Positions 11,106 through 21,690 are shown, counted from the first letter of the stretch. The stretch: 64,000 nt of DNA from Nitrospirota bacterium (GCA_015492645.1 WGER01000001.1:15926-79925), one strand, 5' to 3'. The notes: a model not told the origin generated them from the sequence alone. Translations and numbers: made by a program.

Positions 11106-11914
11106 TAAGGTCTTTTGTGGTCACCCTTTTCTCCTTTATTTTTATCATTCTCCTCTCTTCGGTTTCCTATCCCTTCGGTGGATGTGACTCTGAATGCCAG
11201 AGGTGTCATACCCTCAGCAAAGAAGAAGCCGAGGACCTCCTGAAGACCCTGGCCCCAGATATAAAGGTTATCGGAGTGAAGATGGCACCAGCAAAGGGAC
11301 TGTGGGAGATTGCTGTGGAAAGGAGTGGGAGAAAGGGGATAACCTATATTGATTTTGCCAAAGAAAACGTGATATCAGGTCAGATCTTCCATATAAAGAC
11401 GAAGGAGAATCTAACAAGAAAGAGTTTCGTGGAACTACAGCGGGTTGATTTTTCGAAGATTCCATTAGAGGACTCTCTTGTTATGGGCAATCCAGAGGCG
11501 CCCACGAAGATTGTGATCTTTGATGACCCTGATTGACCATTCTGTGCAAAACTTCACCAGGTGGTGAAGGAGATACTCCAGAGCAGATCAGATTTGGCCT
11601 TTTATATAAAACTCTATCCACTGAAGATCCACAAGGATGCATACAGAAAGGCAAAGGCGATTGTATGCAGTAACTCCCTTGAACTCCTTGAAAGGGCCTT
11701 TGAAAGAAAAGAGGTTCCAGATCCTGAATGTGAAACCGATGTGGTGGACAGGACGATCGCCCTCGCGAAGGAACTGGGCATCACAGGGACCCCGACCATA
11801 GTTCTTCCTGATGGGAGAGTGCTTTCAGGGGCGCTTACCAAAGAGGTGCTTCTTCAGTATATAGACTCCTTAGAAGCCCCCACTGAGGTCAAAGAGGAAT
11901 CGGACCCCAGTTAA
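11102..11914 (+). CDS. dsbC: DsbC-family thiol-disulfide oxidoreductase, probable selenoprotein (UGA 11534-11536 = Sec, UPFC), with N-terminal CxxCH
   Basis: ORFs 11102-11536 and 11561-11914 share a frame; read-through gives FDDPD-U-PFC at the CxxC site; GITGTPT cis-Pro loop downstream. Confidence 0.9.
11552..11569 (+). promoter_or_regulatory. putative bacterial SECIS hairpin
   Basis: CTTCACC-AGGT-GGTGAAG perfect stem; loop starts 22 nt after the UGA. Confidence 0.75.
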
Positions 11915-11918
11915 CCCC

Positions 11919-12872
11919 TTGTCACTGGAGTACTTTTCAAAGGTCTATCGTGAGATAATACCCAATTTTGATGACTTCCTGGAGTCTATTCATAGGCCTC
12001 ACCCCTCTCACCTCAGGGTCAACACACTTAAAACCACTGACGATAGGGTGAGAGAGGCCCTGAGCAGATACGGTGCAAGCCTCGAACCACTGCCTTTGAG
12101 ACACTGTTATCTCTTCAGTGGGCTGGACAACCCGGGTGCTACATTAGAGTACTATCTCGGTTATTATCATATGCAGGGACTGAGTTCGGCCCTGCCACCC
12201 CTTGTGCTCGCCCCACAAGAAGGCGACAGGGTGTTAGACCTGTGTGCTGCTCCGGGCAGCAAGACCACACAGATGGCCGCCATGATGAACAACACCGGCC
12301 TCATTGTGGCAAACGAATTGAACAGGAGAAGGTTGAGTATCCTGAAGTTCCATTTAGAGAGACTTGGTGTGACCAACACAGTGGTTACCAGTTTTCAGGC
12401 CCAGAACTTTCCCATGAAGAGGGCTGACAGGAGCAATCTCTACTTTGACAGGGTGCTCCTTGATGCCCCATGTTCAGGAGAGGGAAGGTTCAGGACAGTT
12501 ATGCGAAAGGATGAACGGGAGAAGATGCAGCCTCACTCAGAGGAGTATAGTTTGAAGATGTCAGAATATCAGAAACAGATGATCCTCAGGGGATTCGACC
12601 TTCTCAAGGAGGGTGGCACCATGGTCTACTCCACCTGTACCTATTCTCCCCATGAAAATGAAACTGTAGTGGACTACCTGCTTCAGTGCAGGAGGGATGC
12701 AGTGGTGCTGCCTTTCGAAATCCAGGGGATCAGAACTGCACAGGGGCTTACCAGGTACAGATCTCAGAGGTTTAGTGAGGATCTGAAAAACACCGTTCGG
12801 ATATATCCTCATATGGTTGATTCCTGGGGCTTTTACATAGCATTGATAATGAAGGCCTCCAGACCACATTAA
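11919..12872 (+). CDS. RsmB/RsmF (NOL1/NOP2/Sun) rRNA m5C methyltransferase
   Basis: LDLCAAPGSKT, LLDAPCSGEG and YSTCT..P.ENE. Confidence 0.92.
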   Translation: MSLEYFSKVYREIIPNFDDFLESIHRPHPSHLRVNTLKTTDDRVREALSRYGASLEPLPLRHCYLFSGLDNPGATLEYYLGYYHMQGLSSALPPLVLAPQEGDRVLDLCAAPGSKTTQMAAMMNNTGLIVANELNRRRLSILKFHLERLGVTNTVVTSFQAQNFPMKRADRSNLYFDRVLLDAPCSGEGRFRTVMRKDEREKMQPHSEEYSLKMSEYQKQMILRGFDLLKEGGTMVYSTCTYSPHENETVVDYLLQCRRDAVVLPFEIQGIRTAQGLTRYRSQRFSEDLKNTVRIYPHMVDSWGFYIALIMKASRPH

Positions 12873-12975
12873 CATCTCCTGCCTCGTTAATCTCCAGGTT
12901 TGCTGACAGAAATGATTCGGCAAAACAGGGTAACCGCTGAGCAGTCAATCGGGTGATTTTTGATATAATTTAAAA

Positions 12976-13665
12976 ATGGCTACCAGGATACTTGTCATAG
13001 AAGATGAGGAGAAGATCTCATCTATTGTTAAGGGGTATCTCCAGAAAGAGGGATTTATTGTAACAGTCGCCTCTACCGGTCAGGAGGGACTGAACCGGTT
13101 GGCGGAGGGGTATGACCTTGTTATCCTTGACCTTATGCTCCCTGATATGGAGGGCGAAGAGATCTGTAGGTTTATAAGGGAAGACTCCAATATACCCATC
13201 ATCATGTTAACAGCAAAGAGCGATGAAGAGGACAGGGTGAAGGGGCTGGGGATAGGCGCTGATGACTATGTGGTGAAGCCCTTCAGCCCTCGGGAACTGG
13301 TTGCCAGGGTAAAGGCCCTTTTAAGAAGGGTATCTCCCAGACAGAAGGTCTACAGTTTCAACAATGGTGACCTGGTGATCGATATGGAGAAGATGGAGGT
13401 AAGAAAGGGGGGCACCCCCATTGAACTTACTAATACCGAGTTCAAACTCCTGCAGTGTCTGGCAGACAGGCCCGGACAGGTCTTTACGCGTCTACAGTTG
13501 ATAAACCTCATACTCGGCTATGACTTCGAGGGATATGACAGGACCATAGATGCTCATATAAAAAACCTTCGCCATAAGATAGAGGACAACCCCCGTTCTC
13601 CCTCCTACATAAAGACGGTCTATGGTGTAGGATATAAATTCATCGGTTCCAGGGATGAGAACTAA
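12976..13665 (+). CDS. OmpR/PhoB-family response regulator
   Basis: Receiver domain plus winged helix (RTIDAHIKNLR.K, TVYGVGY). Confidence 0.95.
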   Translation: MATRILVIEDEEKISSIVKGYLQKEGFIVTVASTGQEGLNRLAEGYDLVILDLMLPDMEGEEICRFIREDSNIPIIMLTAKSDEEDRVKGLGIGADDYVVKPFSPRELVARVKALLRRVSPRQKVYSFNNGDLVIDMEKMEVRKGGTPIELTNTEFKLLQCLADRPGQVFTRLQLINLILGYDFEGYDRTIDAHIKNLRHKIEDNPRSPSYIKTVYGVGYKFIGSRDEN

Positions 13666-15049
13666 GTTATTCTTCTCTTTCATTGTAATAATCTTACTGG
13701 CCCTCCTTTCTAACATCGTCTTTGAACACCTAATAATGAAAGACTTTCAGGAGTATGTACAGAGCACAAATGAGGACCACATCTACTGGCTTCTTGCCGC
13801 TGTGGAGGGGGCCTATCGTGGTAGAGAAGGACGAAATGAGTGGGATAGAGAACTCCTCAGTGAGGCCCTTCACTGGGGTATGATGCTCGGTTTTGAGAGT
13901 TATGTCACAGATGCTGAAGGCAGAATGATACTCTCTTCAGGCAGTGTCTATGCCTCTCTGTCAGAGACAATGCTCAAGAGGATGAACTCTATGTTTGTAT
14001 TGCCCCATGGAGAGGGGGAGTTTCAATGGTATCCACTCTTCGTTGCAGGACAGGAGGTTGGTGGACTCTACATAAGACCTCTCAAGAGGCTTGGCAATGT
14101 CCCGCTTAAGGAGTTGATTTTCAGGAAGAGGGGCAGGACCTTTCTGCTTATCTCCTTTCTGATAGCAGGTGGTGGGGCCCTCTGTCTCGCTGTCATATTT
14201 ACCGTCTTTCTCTCAAATCCCCTCCGGAGACTGACTGCAGCGGCAGAAAGGGTGGGCAAGGGGGACTTCTCTCTTAAGGTGATACCACAGCACAGGTTCA
14301 GCAGACTCTACCAGCGGCTCAGGTGCACAGATGAGATCGACAGACTCACAGAGTCCTTCAATTACATGGTTGAGGCCCTCAGAAAGGAAGACACCCTCCG
14401 GAGACATCTCACCTCCAATATCGCACATGAACTGAGGACCCCCCTCACCATCCTGAGGGGCAATTTAGAGGCGATAGAGGATGGAGTGATTGAGAGGCCT
14501 GAAGATGTCCTCAAATCCATGAAGGATGAGGTGATGAGACTCATCAATCTGGTGGAAGGGATTGAAGATATAACAAGGGCAGAGGCGAGTTTTTTCAAAA
14601 TGGGAGAAAAGGAAACTGTGGACCTCAAGGAATTTATTACTTCACTGGCAGAGGCCTTCAGGGGTCTATGTACTGACAGGGGTCTGTATCTAAGGCTCAA
14701 AGGGCCTTCTTTAATTGTGAAGACCTATCCCGACAAACTCCACATTATACTCAAAAACCTTCTGACGAACGGGATAAGGTTTACTGAAAGGGGTGGGATT
14801 GAGATTAGATGGGGAAAACTGAAGACGGGTGGGTTCTTCATCTCTGTCTCAGATACAGGCCCTGGGATACCGGAGGAGCAACAACAGAAGGTCTTTGAAA
14901 GGTTTTACAAGGGGGAGAGGTCTCAGGGCAGAGGCCTCGGACTCTCTATTGTCAAGGAACTGATTGAAACAATGGGAGGAAGGATCATCCTGAGGTCCCG
15001 ACCTGGTGAGGGTTCTGAGTTTACTGTGGAATTGCCTAATCCTCTATGA
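13655..15049 (+). CDS. HAMP-domain sensor histidine kinase (BaeS-like)
   Basis: 2 TM, HAMP, AHELRTP H-box, and N/G1/F/G2 boxes. Confidence 0.95.
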   Translation: MRTKLFFSFIVIILLALLSNIVFEHLIMKDFQEYVQSTNEDHIYWLLAAVEGAYRGREGRNEWDRELLSEALHWGMMLGFESYVTDAEGRMILSSGSVYASLSETMLKRMNSMFVLPHGEGEFQWYPLFVAGQEVGGLYIRPLKRLGNVPLKELIFRKRGRTFLLISFLIAGGGALCLAVIFTVFLSNPLRRLTAAAERVGKGDFSLKVIPQHRFSRLYQRLRCTDEIDRLTESFNYMVEALRKEDTLRRHLTSNIAHELRTPLTILRGNLEAIEDGVIERPEDVLKSMKDEVMRLINLVEGIEDITRAEASFFKMGEKETVDLKEFITSLAEAFRGLCTDRGLYLRLKGPSLIVKTYPDKLHIILKNLLTNGIRFTERGGIEIRWGKLKTGGFFISVSDTGPGIPEEQQQKVFERFYKGERSQGRGLGLSIVKELIETMGGRIILRSRPGEGSEFTVELPNPL

Positions 15050-16382
15050 ATGCCTTCAACCATTTACTCCTTGAGGGATGTCTCAGTTTCTTCATCGCCC
15101 TTGATTCGATCTGTCTTACCCTCTCACGTGTAATAGAAAGTAATCTTCCCACCTCCTCAAGTGTGTAAGGACCTTGGTCATCCAGTCCGTATCTCAGCCT
15201 GATCACCTCTGCCTCTTTAGGATTCAATGTCTTCAGTACCTCCTCTATCCTGCTCCTGAGGTCCTCCCTCATAGCCTCTTCCAGGGGTGATATGGCATGG
15301 GGGTCTTCTATAAAGTCAAGCAGTTGACTGTCTTCCTCGTCTCCAACAGGGGTCTCAAGAGACAGTACATCCTTGGATGATCCGAGCATCTGTTTCAGTT
15401 TCTCCTCCGGTATCCCCAACCTCCTTGCCACCTCATCCATCTGTGGTTCTCTGCCCAGTTCCTGTACCATCTGGCGACACAGTTTCTGATAATTCGTTAT
15501 GTGTTCTATCACATGCACAGGCAGTCTGACTGTCCTTGAGTGTTCAGCCAGTGCCCTTGTAATTGCCTGCCTTATCCACCATGTGGCATAGGTGCTGAAC
15601 TTATATCCCTTTCTGTAGTCGTATCTACAGGCAGCCCTCATCAGCCCCATGTTTCCTTCCTGGATAAGATCCTCTATACTCAGCCCCCTGCCCAAGTACC
15701 TCTTTGCCACGCTCACCACCAGTCTGAGGTTTGCCTCTATCAGCCTCTGTCTGGCATTGAAGATGATCTTCTCACATCTGTTTATCACCTTGAGGACCCT
15801 CTGAATCTCTCTTTCATCATCCCCCACAATGGCATTCTGCCTCGCCAGTCTCTTCACCTCATCCGAGAAGGTGAAAATGGCCGATTCCAGTAATCCCAGA
15901 GAAAGGACCTCCCTGCTGATCGCCTTTCTATTTCTCCTCAGTTCTGCTGTGGAGGCCCCCCTTGAGAGCATCTCCCTCCTTTCTACAAGCAGTTTCTGGA
16001 TCTCAGAGGTGCATTTGTAAAATTCCGTCTTCCTTTCCATAAGGTCATCGTCAGTGCCTATCTCAAATATCTCCTCCAAGGGTGCCTCTGCCCTGTTTAT
16101 GAGTTCACCAAGGGCCACTAACTTCTCAAGCATTCTGGGTAGTGAGAAGACCGCCATCATGATTGCGTTTCTCGCCCATTCTATCCTCCTGCCAATTATT
16201 ACCTCTTCCTCTCTGGTGAGGATAGGGACTGTCCCCATCTCTTTCAGGTATGCGGTAAATGCCTGATTATCAGGTTCGGAGACACCCTGCTGCATATCCC
16301 CCTGGGTCTCCTCCTCATACTCATTGATGCCACCCAGGTCCTGTTCCTCAGGAAGGTCGTCTAAATCCTCATAAGAATCCAT
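15036..16382 (-). CDS. rpoD: RNA polymerase primary sigma factor
   Basis: NLRLVVSVAK, KFSTYATWWIRQ and TRERVRQIE; downstream of dnaG. Confidence 0.92.
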   Translation of the reverse strand: MDSYEDLDDLPEEQDLGGINEYEEETQGDMQQGVSEPDNQAFTAYLKEMGTVPILTREEEVIIGRRIEWARNAIMMAVFSLPRMLEKLVALGELINRAEAPLEEIFEIGTDDDLMERKTEFYKCTSEIQKLLVERREMLSRGASTAELRRNRKAISREVLSLGLLESAIFTFSDEVKRLARQNAIVGDDEREIQRVLKVINRCEKIIFNARQRLIEANLRLVVSVAKRYLGRGLSIEDLIQEGNMGLMRAACRYDYRKGYKFSTYATWWIRQAITRALAEHSRTVRLPVHVIEHITNYQKLCRQMVQELGREPQMDEVARRLGIPEEKLKQMLGSSKDVLSLETPVGDEEDSQLLDFIEDPHAISPLEEAMREDLRSRIEEVLKTLNPKEAEVIRLRYGLDDQGPYTLEEVGRLLSITRERVRQIESRAMKKLRHPSRSKWLKAFIED

Positions 16383-18078
16383 CCCTTTTACCCTCCTTTA
16401 AGAGGTTCATTAACTGTATCTGGAGTTCCTGAAGCCCTTTATGGTCATTGGTCACCTCTGCCTCCTTTATCGCCCTCTGCAGGGACTGCAATCTTCTCTG
16501 GAAGTGTCTCCTGTACAATTTCTGCACACAATCGTTTACTGTCTTTTCAACCTCATTCTTGTCTATATTCAAACTCATAACCACAGAGGAAACAAAGGAC
16601 ATCTCCTCACCATCAAGGACCTCATTCAGATTATCCTCCTGGTATATCTTCAGAAAGATCTCCCTCACCATCGGGTCTTCAAACATCTCAGGTCCAACCC
16701 TCTCCATAATAGAATCCTTCTGGTTCTGAAAGGATACAGCGATACCAAGGAGGGTCTTCTCTTCATCCGGCACCACCACAGGGACCTCCCTCTCTATCCT
16801 GTATCCCCTTGTCTTGTTGTTTACCCCGCCTTTCTGTCTCCTGAGGGCCTCTATTATGAAACCCTCCGAAAGTCCGGTCCTCTCAGACAGGGCCTTCACC
16901 ATTTCACCTTTCTTGATGGGGTCCTTCACAGATGAAGTAATCTCAACGAGTTCTCTTATGGTTGAATCCCTGTCCGTACCCACAGAGAAGTAGAAATCCA
17001 CAATCCCTTTTGCTTCAGATATTATGGCCTTTAGCCTCTCAATACCTGAGTTTCTGAGAAAGGAATCAGGGTCTTCTCCTTGAGGAAGTGTCACCGCCTT
17101 TGTGATGATACCCTCCCGACAGAGGAGTCCCATGGCCCTCTTCGTCGCCTTCACACCAGGTTCATCAGAATCAAACAACACCAGGACCTTGTCTGTTAAG
17201 GTCTTCATCCTCCTTACCTGGGCCTCTGTCAGGGCAGTACCAAGGGGGGCAATGGCATTCCTTATACCGTACTGATATGCCACAAGGACATCCATATACC
17301 CCTCAACCAGGACCGCATAGCCCCTCTTTTTTATCTCTTCCTTTGCCTGATAGAGCCCAAATATCTCGTGAGACTTCTTAAATATCAATGACTCCGCTGA
17401 GTTCAGATACTTTGGCCCCAATTGCTCCTCTGACAGGGTCCTCCCTCCAAAGGCTATCACTTCCCCCCTGATATTCTGTATGGGAAAGATGACCCTCCTC
17501 CTGAAGGTATCCATCACCCTGCCGCTGTCGGTCTTTTTACACAATCCTGACATCAGTATCTGCTCCTCTGTGAACCCCTCTGCCCTGAGGTGATGGTACA
17601 GGACGTCACCCCCGGAAGGGGCATATCCAAGATGGAAGTATCGGATGGTCTCTTCAGAGAGTCCTCTCCTCTTGAAATACCTCCTGCCCTCGTCTGATTC
17701 CCTCAACTGTTGAACAAAAAAGTCAGTTGCAATTCTGTGCATCCTGAGGAGGGCATCCTTCAGGCCAGAGGACCTCTTATTACCCCCTGTATCCTCTATC
17801 TCTATACCGATTGTCTCTCCGAGTTTCTTTACTGCAGAAGGGAAGTCAAGGTCTTCATACTTCATGACAAAGGTGATAACATCCCCACCCACCCCACAAC
17901 CGAAACAGTGAAAGAACTGTCTCTCCTGATTGACCACAAAGGATGGGGTCTTCTCCGAATGGAACGGACAGAGGGCCTTGTAGTGCCTTCCTGCCCTCCT
18001 GAGATCAATATATCTGGATATTGTCTCTACAATATCAACCCTTGCCTTTATTTCATCAACAGCATCTGAAAGTCTCAT
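16369..18078 (-). CDS. dnaG: DNA primase
   Basis: CPFH.EKTPS zinc finger, KYLNS and Toprim EGYMD. Confidence 0.97.
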   Translation of the reverse strand: MRLSDAVDEIKARVDIVETISRYIDLRRAGRHYKALCPFHSEKTPSFVVNQERQFFHCFGCGVGGDVITFVMKYEDLDFPSAVKKLGETIGIEIEDTGGNKRSSGLKDALLRMHRIATDFFVQQLRESDEGRRYFKRRGLSEETIRYFHLGYAPSGGDVLYHHLRAEGFTEEQILMSGLCKKTDSGRVMDTFRRRVIFPIQNIRGEVIAFGGRTLSEEQLGPKYLNSAESLIFKKSHEIFGLYQAKEEIKKRGYAVLVEGYMDVLVAYQYGIRNAIAPLGTALTEAQVRRMKTLTDKVLVLFDSDEPGVKATKRAMGLLCREGIITKAVTLPQGEDPDSFLRNSGIERLKAIISEAKGIVDFYFSVGTDRDSTIRELVEITSSVKDPIKKGEMVKALSERTGLSEGFIIEALRRQKGGVNNKTRGYRIEREVPVVVPDEEKTLLGIAVSFQNQKDSIMERVGPEMFEDPMVREIFLKIYQEDNLNEVLDGEEMSFVSSVVMSLNIDKNEVEKTVNDCVQKLYRRHFQRRLQSLQRAIKEAEVTNDHKGLQELQIQLMNLLKEGKRDGFL

Positions 18079-18079
18079 T

Positions 18080-19033
18080 TTAACTCCTCTTTATCCTCCT
18101 GAAGCCTGAGCACTCGAGAACCTCTACATCTTCATCAAGTATCGCATCCAGAAGGAGGTTGAGTCCCAGATTGTCACTGGCAATATGTCCTGCTATAACC
18201 ACATTGAGGTGATGCTTTTCCGCTTCCTTCCTGTGGTCCTCACTCAGGTGCATCGCCACGATCGTGTTTACCCCGCTCAAGGTGAGGGAATGGAATATCT
18301 CTTTAGCACCTTCTGTGCCCCCTGTCATATCCACAAATATCTTACCTGCCTTCCGGTTCTTGGAACCGAGGAGGACCTTGGGGCCTCCCCCGTTTCTGGC
18401 CGCCTCCTGGTATTCGGGCATCTCAAGCAGAAGATCTATTATATCTTCTATAGTGTAAGGCTTCTTCTCCTCGAAGAGCCTCTGGAGGTAGGTTGTGACC
18501 ATATTGTCTGAGGGGGTATGAAGACATATAAATGGAATCCCCAGGAGTTTTGCAGCATCAACCGCCCTCTGGTGATTTACGGGCATCAATCTTCTTTCCA
18601 CCTCCTTTATCCTGCCCTCCATCAGGTCTTCTGCAATATTTATAGGCACCCCAAACCGGCCCAGTATATCCGCCTGTATCTTCATCACCTCATAGAGGTT
18701 GGCATAGGCCATACCCTCCGGGTGATGGGCCAGAATAAGGTCTACCTGATGCCCCCTCTGCCGGAGGCCCTCTGCGAGCATCACCTCTGCCACTTCCATA
18801 TCTATCCCGGCAAGAATCGTCTTTATCTCCGCATCAGGTGAGCCGAAGAGTATCCTGGTGTCAGAATAGGGATTTCTCAGACTTTCTTCATCAAAGAACT
18901 TTCTCTCCTTTTCCGTCATCCTCTCATACTGCCTCTTTCTCTCCTCCAACTCCTTTCTGACAGCCTCCTCCCCCCTGGGGTCATTCCTGATCCCCTCACT
19001 CACCGCCCTTTCATACAGTTGTCCCAGTTTCAT
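18080..19033 (-). CDS. NIF3-like dinuclear metal protein
   Basis: AHHPEG, HTPSDN and GHIASD motifs; SD AAAGGAGG before ATG 19033. Confidence 0.8.
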   Translation of the reverse strand: MKLGQLYERAVSEGIRNDPRGEEAVRKELEERKRQYERMTEKERKFFDEESLRNPYSDTRILFGSPDAEIKTILAGIDMEVAEVMLAEGLRQRGHQVDLILAHHPEGMAYANLYEVMKIQADILGRFGVPINIAEDLMEGRIKEVERRLMPVNHQRAVDAAKLLGIPFICLHTPSDNMVTTYLQRLFEEKKPYTIEDIIDLLLEMPEYQEAARNGGGPKVLLGSKNRKAGKIFVDMTGGTEGAKEIFHSLTLSGVNTIVAMHLSEDHRKEAEKHHLNVVIAGHIASDNLGLNLLLDAILDEDVEVLECSGFRRIKRS

Positions 19034-19144
19034 ATAACCTCCTTTCATTATGTATCAACATTGTGGGATTAGAAGAGACCTCTCCAATTCCGCCTTATAC
19101 CCTCTCAACAGAACCCTGCTAAAGAGGGTGCATTGAAAGAGGTG

Positions 19145-19603
19145 TCATGAACCTCCGGGGGCCTCCAGTTCTGCCTTCACCATCTCGCTCACCTTCCTGC
19201 CGTCGGCCCTCCCCTTTACCTTTGGCATAAGTGCCTTCATCACCTTCCCCATCTCCCTTACTGAAACAGCCCCTGTCTCCTCAATGGTCTCTTTTATCAG
19301 TCTGGAGAGTTCTTCCTCACTGAGTTCCTCTGGCAGATAGGACTTTATTATTGCGAGTTCCCTCTCTTCCTTTTCCACAAGGTCAGCCCTGCCCCCTCTT
19401 CTGAACCCCTCGATAGATTCCCTTCTCTGTTTTACAAGGGTGGTGAGGACATCAATGACATCTTCATCTGTTAGAGGAGCCCCCTTACCAATCTCTCGGT
19501 TTTTCAGAACAGATTTTATAAACCTCAGGGTTGAAACCGCTATTTTATCTCCAGACTTCAGCGCAGTCTTCAGATCATCATCAATCCTCTGCAGAAGTGA
19601 CAT
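19145..19603 (-). CDS. yqeY: GatB/YqeY domain protein
   Basis: KQRRESI, YLP and MGKVM..GRADG; follows rpsU. Confidence 0.92.
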   Translation of the reverse strand: MSLLQRIDDDLKTALKSGDKIAVSTLRFIKSVLKNREIGKGAPLTDEDVIDVLTTLVKQRRESIEGFRRGGRADLVEKEERELAIIKSYLPEELSEEELSRLIKETIEETGAVSVREMGKVMKALMPKVKGRADGRKVSEMVKAELEAPGGS

Positions 19604-19605
19604 AA

Positions 19606-19806
19606 TTATCGGTTCTGCATCAGTTTCATCCTCCTGAGAGCCTTTTTCCTGGCCGCCAGGAGTTTCTTCTTTCTCTTCACACTCGGCTTTTCATAATGCT
19701 CTCTTTTTTTGATCTCGGAGAGGATACCCTCTTTTTCGCACTGTTTCTTAAACTTCTTCAGCGCTACCTCAAAGGACTCGCTCTCCTTTACACTTACCAT
19801 CGGCAT
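19606..19806 (-). CDS. rpsU: 30S ribosomal protein S21
   Basis: ALKKFKKQ...REHYEKPS. Confidence 0.97.
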   Translation of the reverse strand: MPMVSVKESESFEVALKKFKKQCEKEGILSEIKKREHYEKPSVKRKKKLLAARKKALRRMKLMQNR

Positions 19807-20031
19807 CCTCTTTATACACCCCTCTTTCCTTTGAGAATTTATTAAAATCCAAAAATTTCAGTATTGACATTATAATTTATCAATAATTGCTATTGACTGT
19901 CAAGCAGTCATATTGCCCCGAATTTGCCGAAAAAGCCAGTTACCTTCAGTGTCTTTACATGGCAGCCTTAAAATACGGCGGGACAGATATATGAGTTGAT
20001 TAATAATAAGGAAAACACCTATCATTAAATT

Positions 20032-20541
20032 ATGCCACGCTTATCAATCATGCTGCTGATTTTAGGACTTTCCCTTTCTGGCTGTGAGAGAGGGCCCGGT
20101 GAAATCCAGATTGTACAGATGGACAGTGAGGCACCTCTGTTCAGTCTAAAGGGTCTCGATGGTAAGACCTACAGCCTTGTGGACTTCCGGGGCAGGGTTG
20201 TTGTGATAGAGTTCTGGGCGACATGGTGTCATGCCTGTAAAGAGACAGCCCCTGTACTTGAGGCCCTATATGAGAGTTATAAAGACAGAGGGCTTATTGT
20301 GATAGGCATCACTATGGACAGTGGCTATGGGGCAGAGGAGAACGTGAGGGAATTTGTAAAGAGACACAATCAGACCTATCCTATCCTATGGGATGATGAT
20401 AGGGTAAGCAGGGCATACCAGGCGATACAGATCCCCCTCACCTATGTACTTGACAGGGATCTCATTGTACGAAAAAAGATTGTGGGTTATACTTCTGAGT
20501 ATCAGCAGATCTTGGAGGAGACGATAAAGGAGTTATTATGA
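20032..20541 (+). CDS. TlpA/ResA-like thioredoxin lipoprotein
   Basis: Lipobox LSGC; FWATWCHAC. Confidence 0.88.
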   Translation: MPRLSIMLLILGLSLSGCERGPGEIQIVQMDSEAPLFSLKGLDGKTYSLVDFRGRVVVIEFWATWCHACKETAPVLEALYESYKDRGLIVIGITMDSGYGAEENVREFVKRHNQTYPILWDDDRVSRAYQAIQIPLTYVLDRDLIVRKKIVGYTSEYQQILEETIKELL

Positions 20542-20924
20542 GTGCAGAGGTCAGACAGAAGAGATTCAGGCAGGCGGAGGAGAGTCTTGAAGAGGCCAAA
20601 GTGGTGAGGGAGGCGAGGGTGAGCAATCTCGCGGTGCTTACAAAACTCTATCACGCAATGATCTATTCCCTGATGGCCCTCTATGAGATTGAGGAGATTG
20701 GAGGACTCACCCATGCTGACCTTATAGAGAGGTTCAAGAAGGAATATGTTGAAAGGGGACTGGTTGATAGCAGGTATCTTGAGGCCCTCATGAAAGGGTA
20801 TGAGTATACCCATGAATGCGACTGTATTCATATGAAGGAACCAGAAGACACGGAGATAGAGAACCTTCTTCCGCTTACAGAAGGATTGCTTAAGAAGACC
20901 AGGGATCTGACAGGAGGACAGTAG
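20538..20924 (+). CDS. HEPN-domain protein (UPF0332-like)
   Basis: AEESLEEA, LYHAM, TH..LI..F..EYV..G pattern. Confidence 0.7.
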   Translation: MSAEVRQKRFRQAEESLEEAKVVREARVSNLAVLTKLYHAMIYSLMALYEIEEIGGLTHADLIERFKKEYVERGLVDSRYLEALMKGYEYTHECDCIHMKEPEDTEIENLLPLTEGLLKKTRDLTGGQ

Positions 20925-20925
20925 A

Positions 20926-21690
20926 TTAATTCTCGGCCACGTGACCTGCCTGCTGTGCTGAGTTATGAAGATCCAGTATCCTTATACCATCTATATAGTT
21001 GGTAGTCCTGTAATGGGTTATATGTAACATCTTCTTGATAATGTCATCCATCTTGAGGCACTGCTGCCTGAGTGTTTCCAGATCGTGCTCCACAGGTTCG
21101 CCACTGTCGATCTGGATCTTCAGGAGTTCCGTGAGCCCTATTATAACGGACAGCGGCTGGCGCATCTCATGGGCAGTGGCACCTGCAAGTTCAATCAATG
21201 CACTCAATCTCTTCTCTTCTATCTCTCTGTTAAGCCTATGATGGACCTTCCTGGAAAGGTGCCAGGAGATAAAGAATACCGAGACAGTGGATAGGAGACC
21301 TATAGATAAAAAGGACAGGATATCTCTTTTTATCTTCTGCCTGTGTACTCTGTCAGATACGGTCATGGGAATTTCTATAGAATTCAGGTTGCTGTCTCTG
21401 CCTTGTTGATAGTAGAAGACCCTTGAGCCTTCTCTGTTCACAATCCTGTATCTTTCACCATCAGGAATAATATCTGAAGGCCTGATTTTCCTCTTTTCCC
21501 CCAGGGATGCGATATCTCTGTTGGTAACATATATGGAGAGCATCCTTCCAGTCTCTATCAGTTCCTCAATCTGTTCCTGTCTGTGCTTCCTTATTGACCA
21601 GAGGCTGAGAGCAACAACCAGAAAAACAATGACCGCAGTAAATGGCAGTGTGTAATACAGCGTTAGATTTAAAGGTCTCCTGTAACTCAT
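20926..21690 (-). CDS. 2-TM membrane protein with HisKA (DHp) domain but no HATPase domain
   Basis: AHEMRQPLSVIIG H-box near the C-terminus; SD CAGGAGG before ATG 21690. Confidence 0.75.
   Translation of the reverse strand: MSYRRPLNLTLYYTLPFTAVIVFLVVALSLWSIRKHRQEQIEELIETGRMLSIYVTNRDIASLGEKRKIRPSDIIPDGERYRIVNREGSRVFYYQQGRDSNLNSIEIPMTVSDRVHRQKIKRDILSFLSIGLLSTVSVFFISWHLSRKVHHRLNREIEEKRLSALIELAGATAHEMRQPLSVIIGLTELLKIQIDSGEPVEHDLETLRQQCLKMDDIIKKMLHITHYRTTNYIDGIRILDLHNSAQQAGHVAEN

Noticed and set aside
11534..11536. Genome-wide UGA reassignment or pseudogene explanation for the split genes
   Set aside because: Many intact genes here end at TGA with coupled starts. Both internal TGAs align with conserved Cys and have matching hairpins, which favours Sec.
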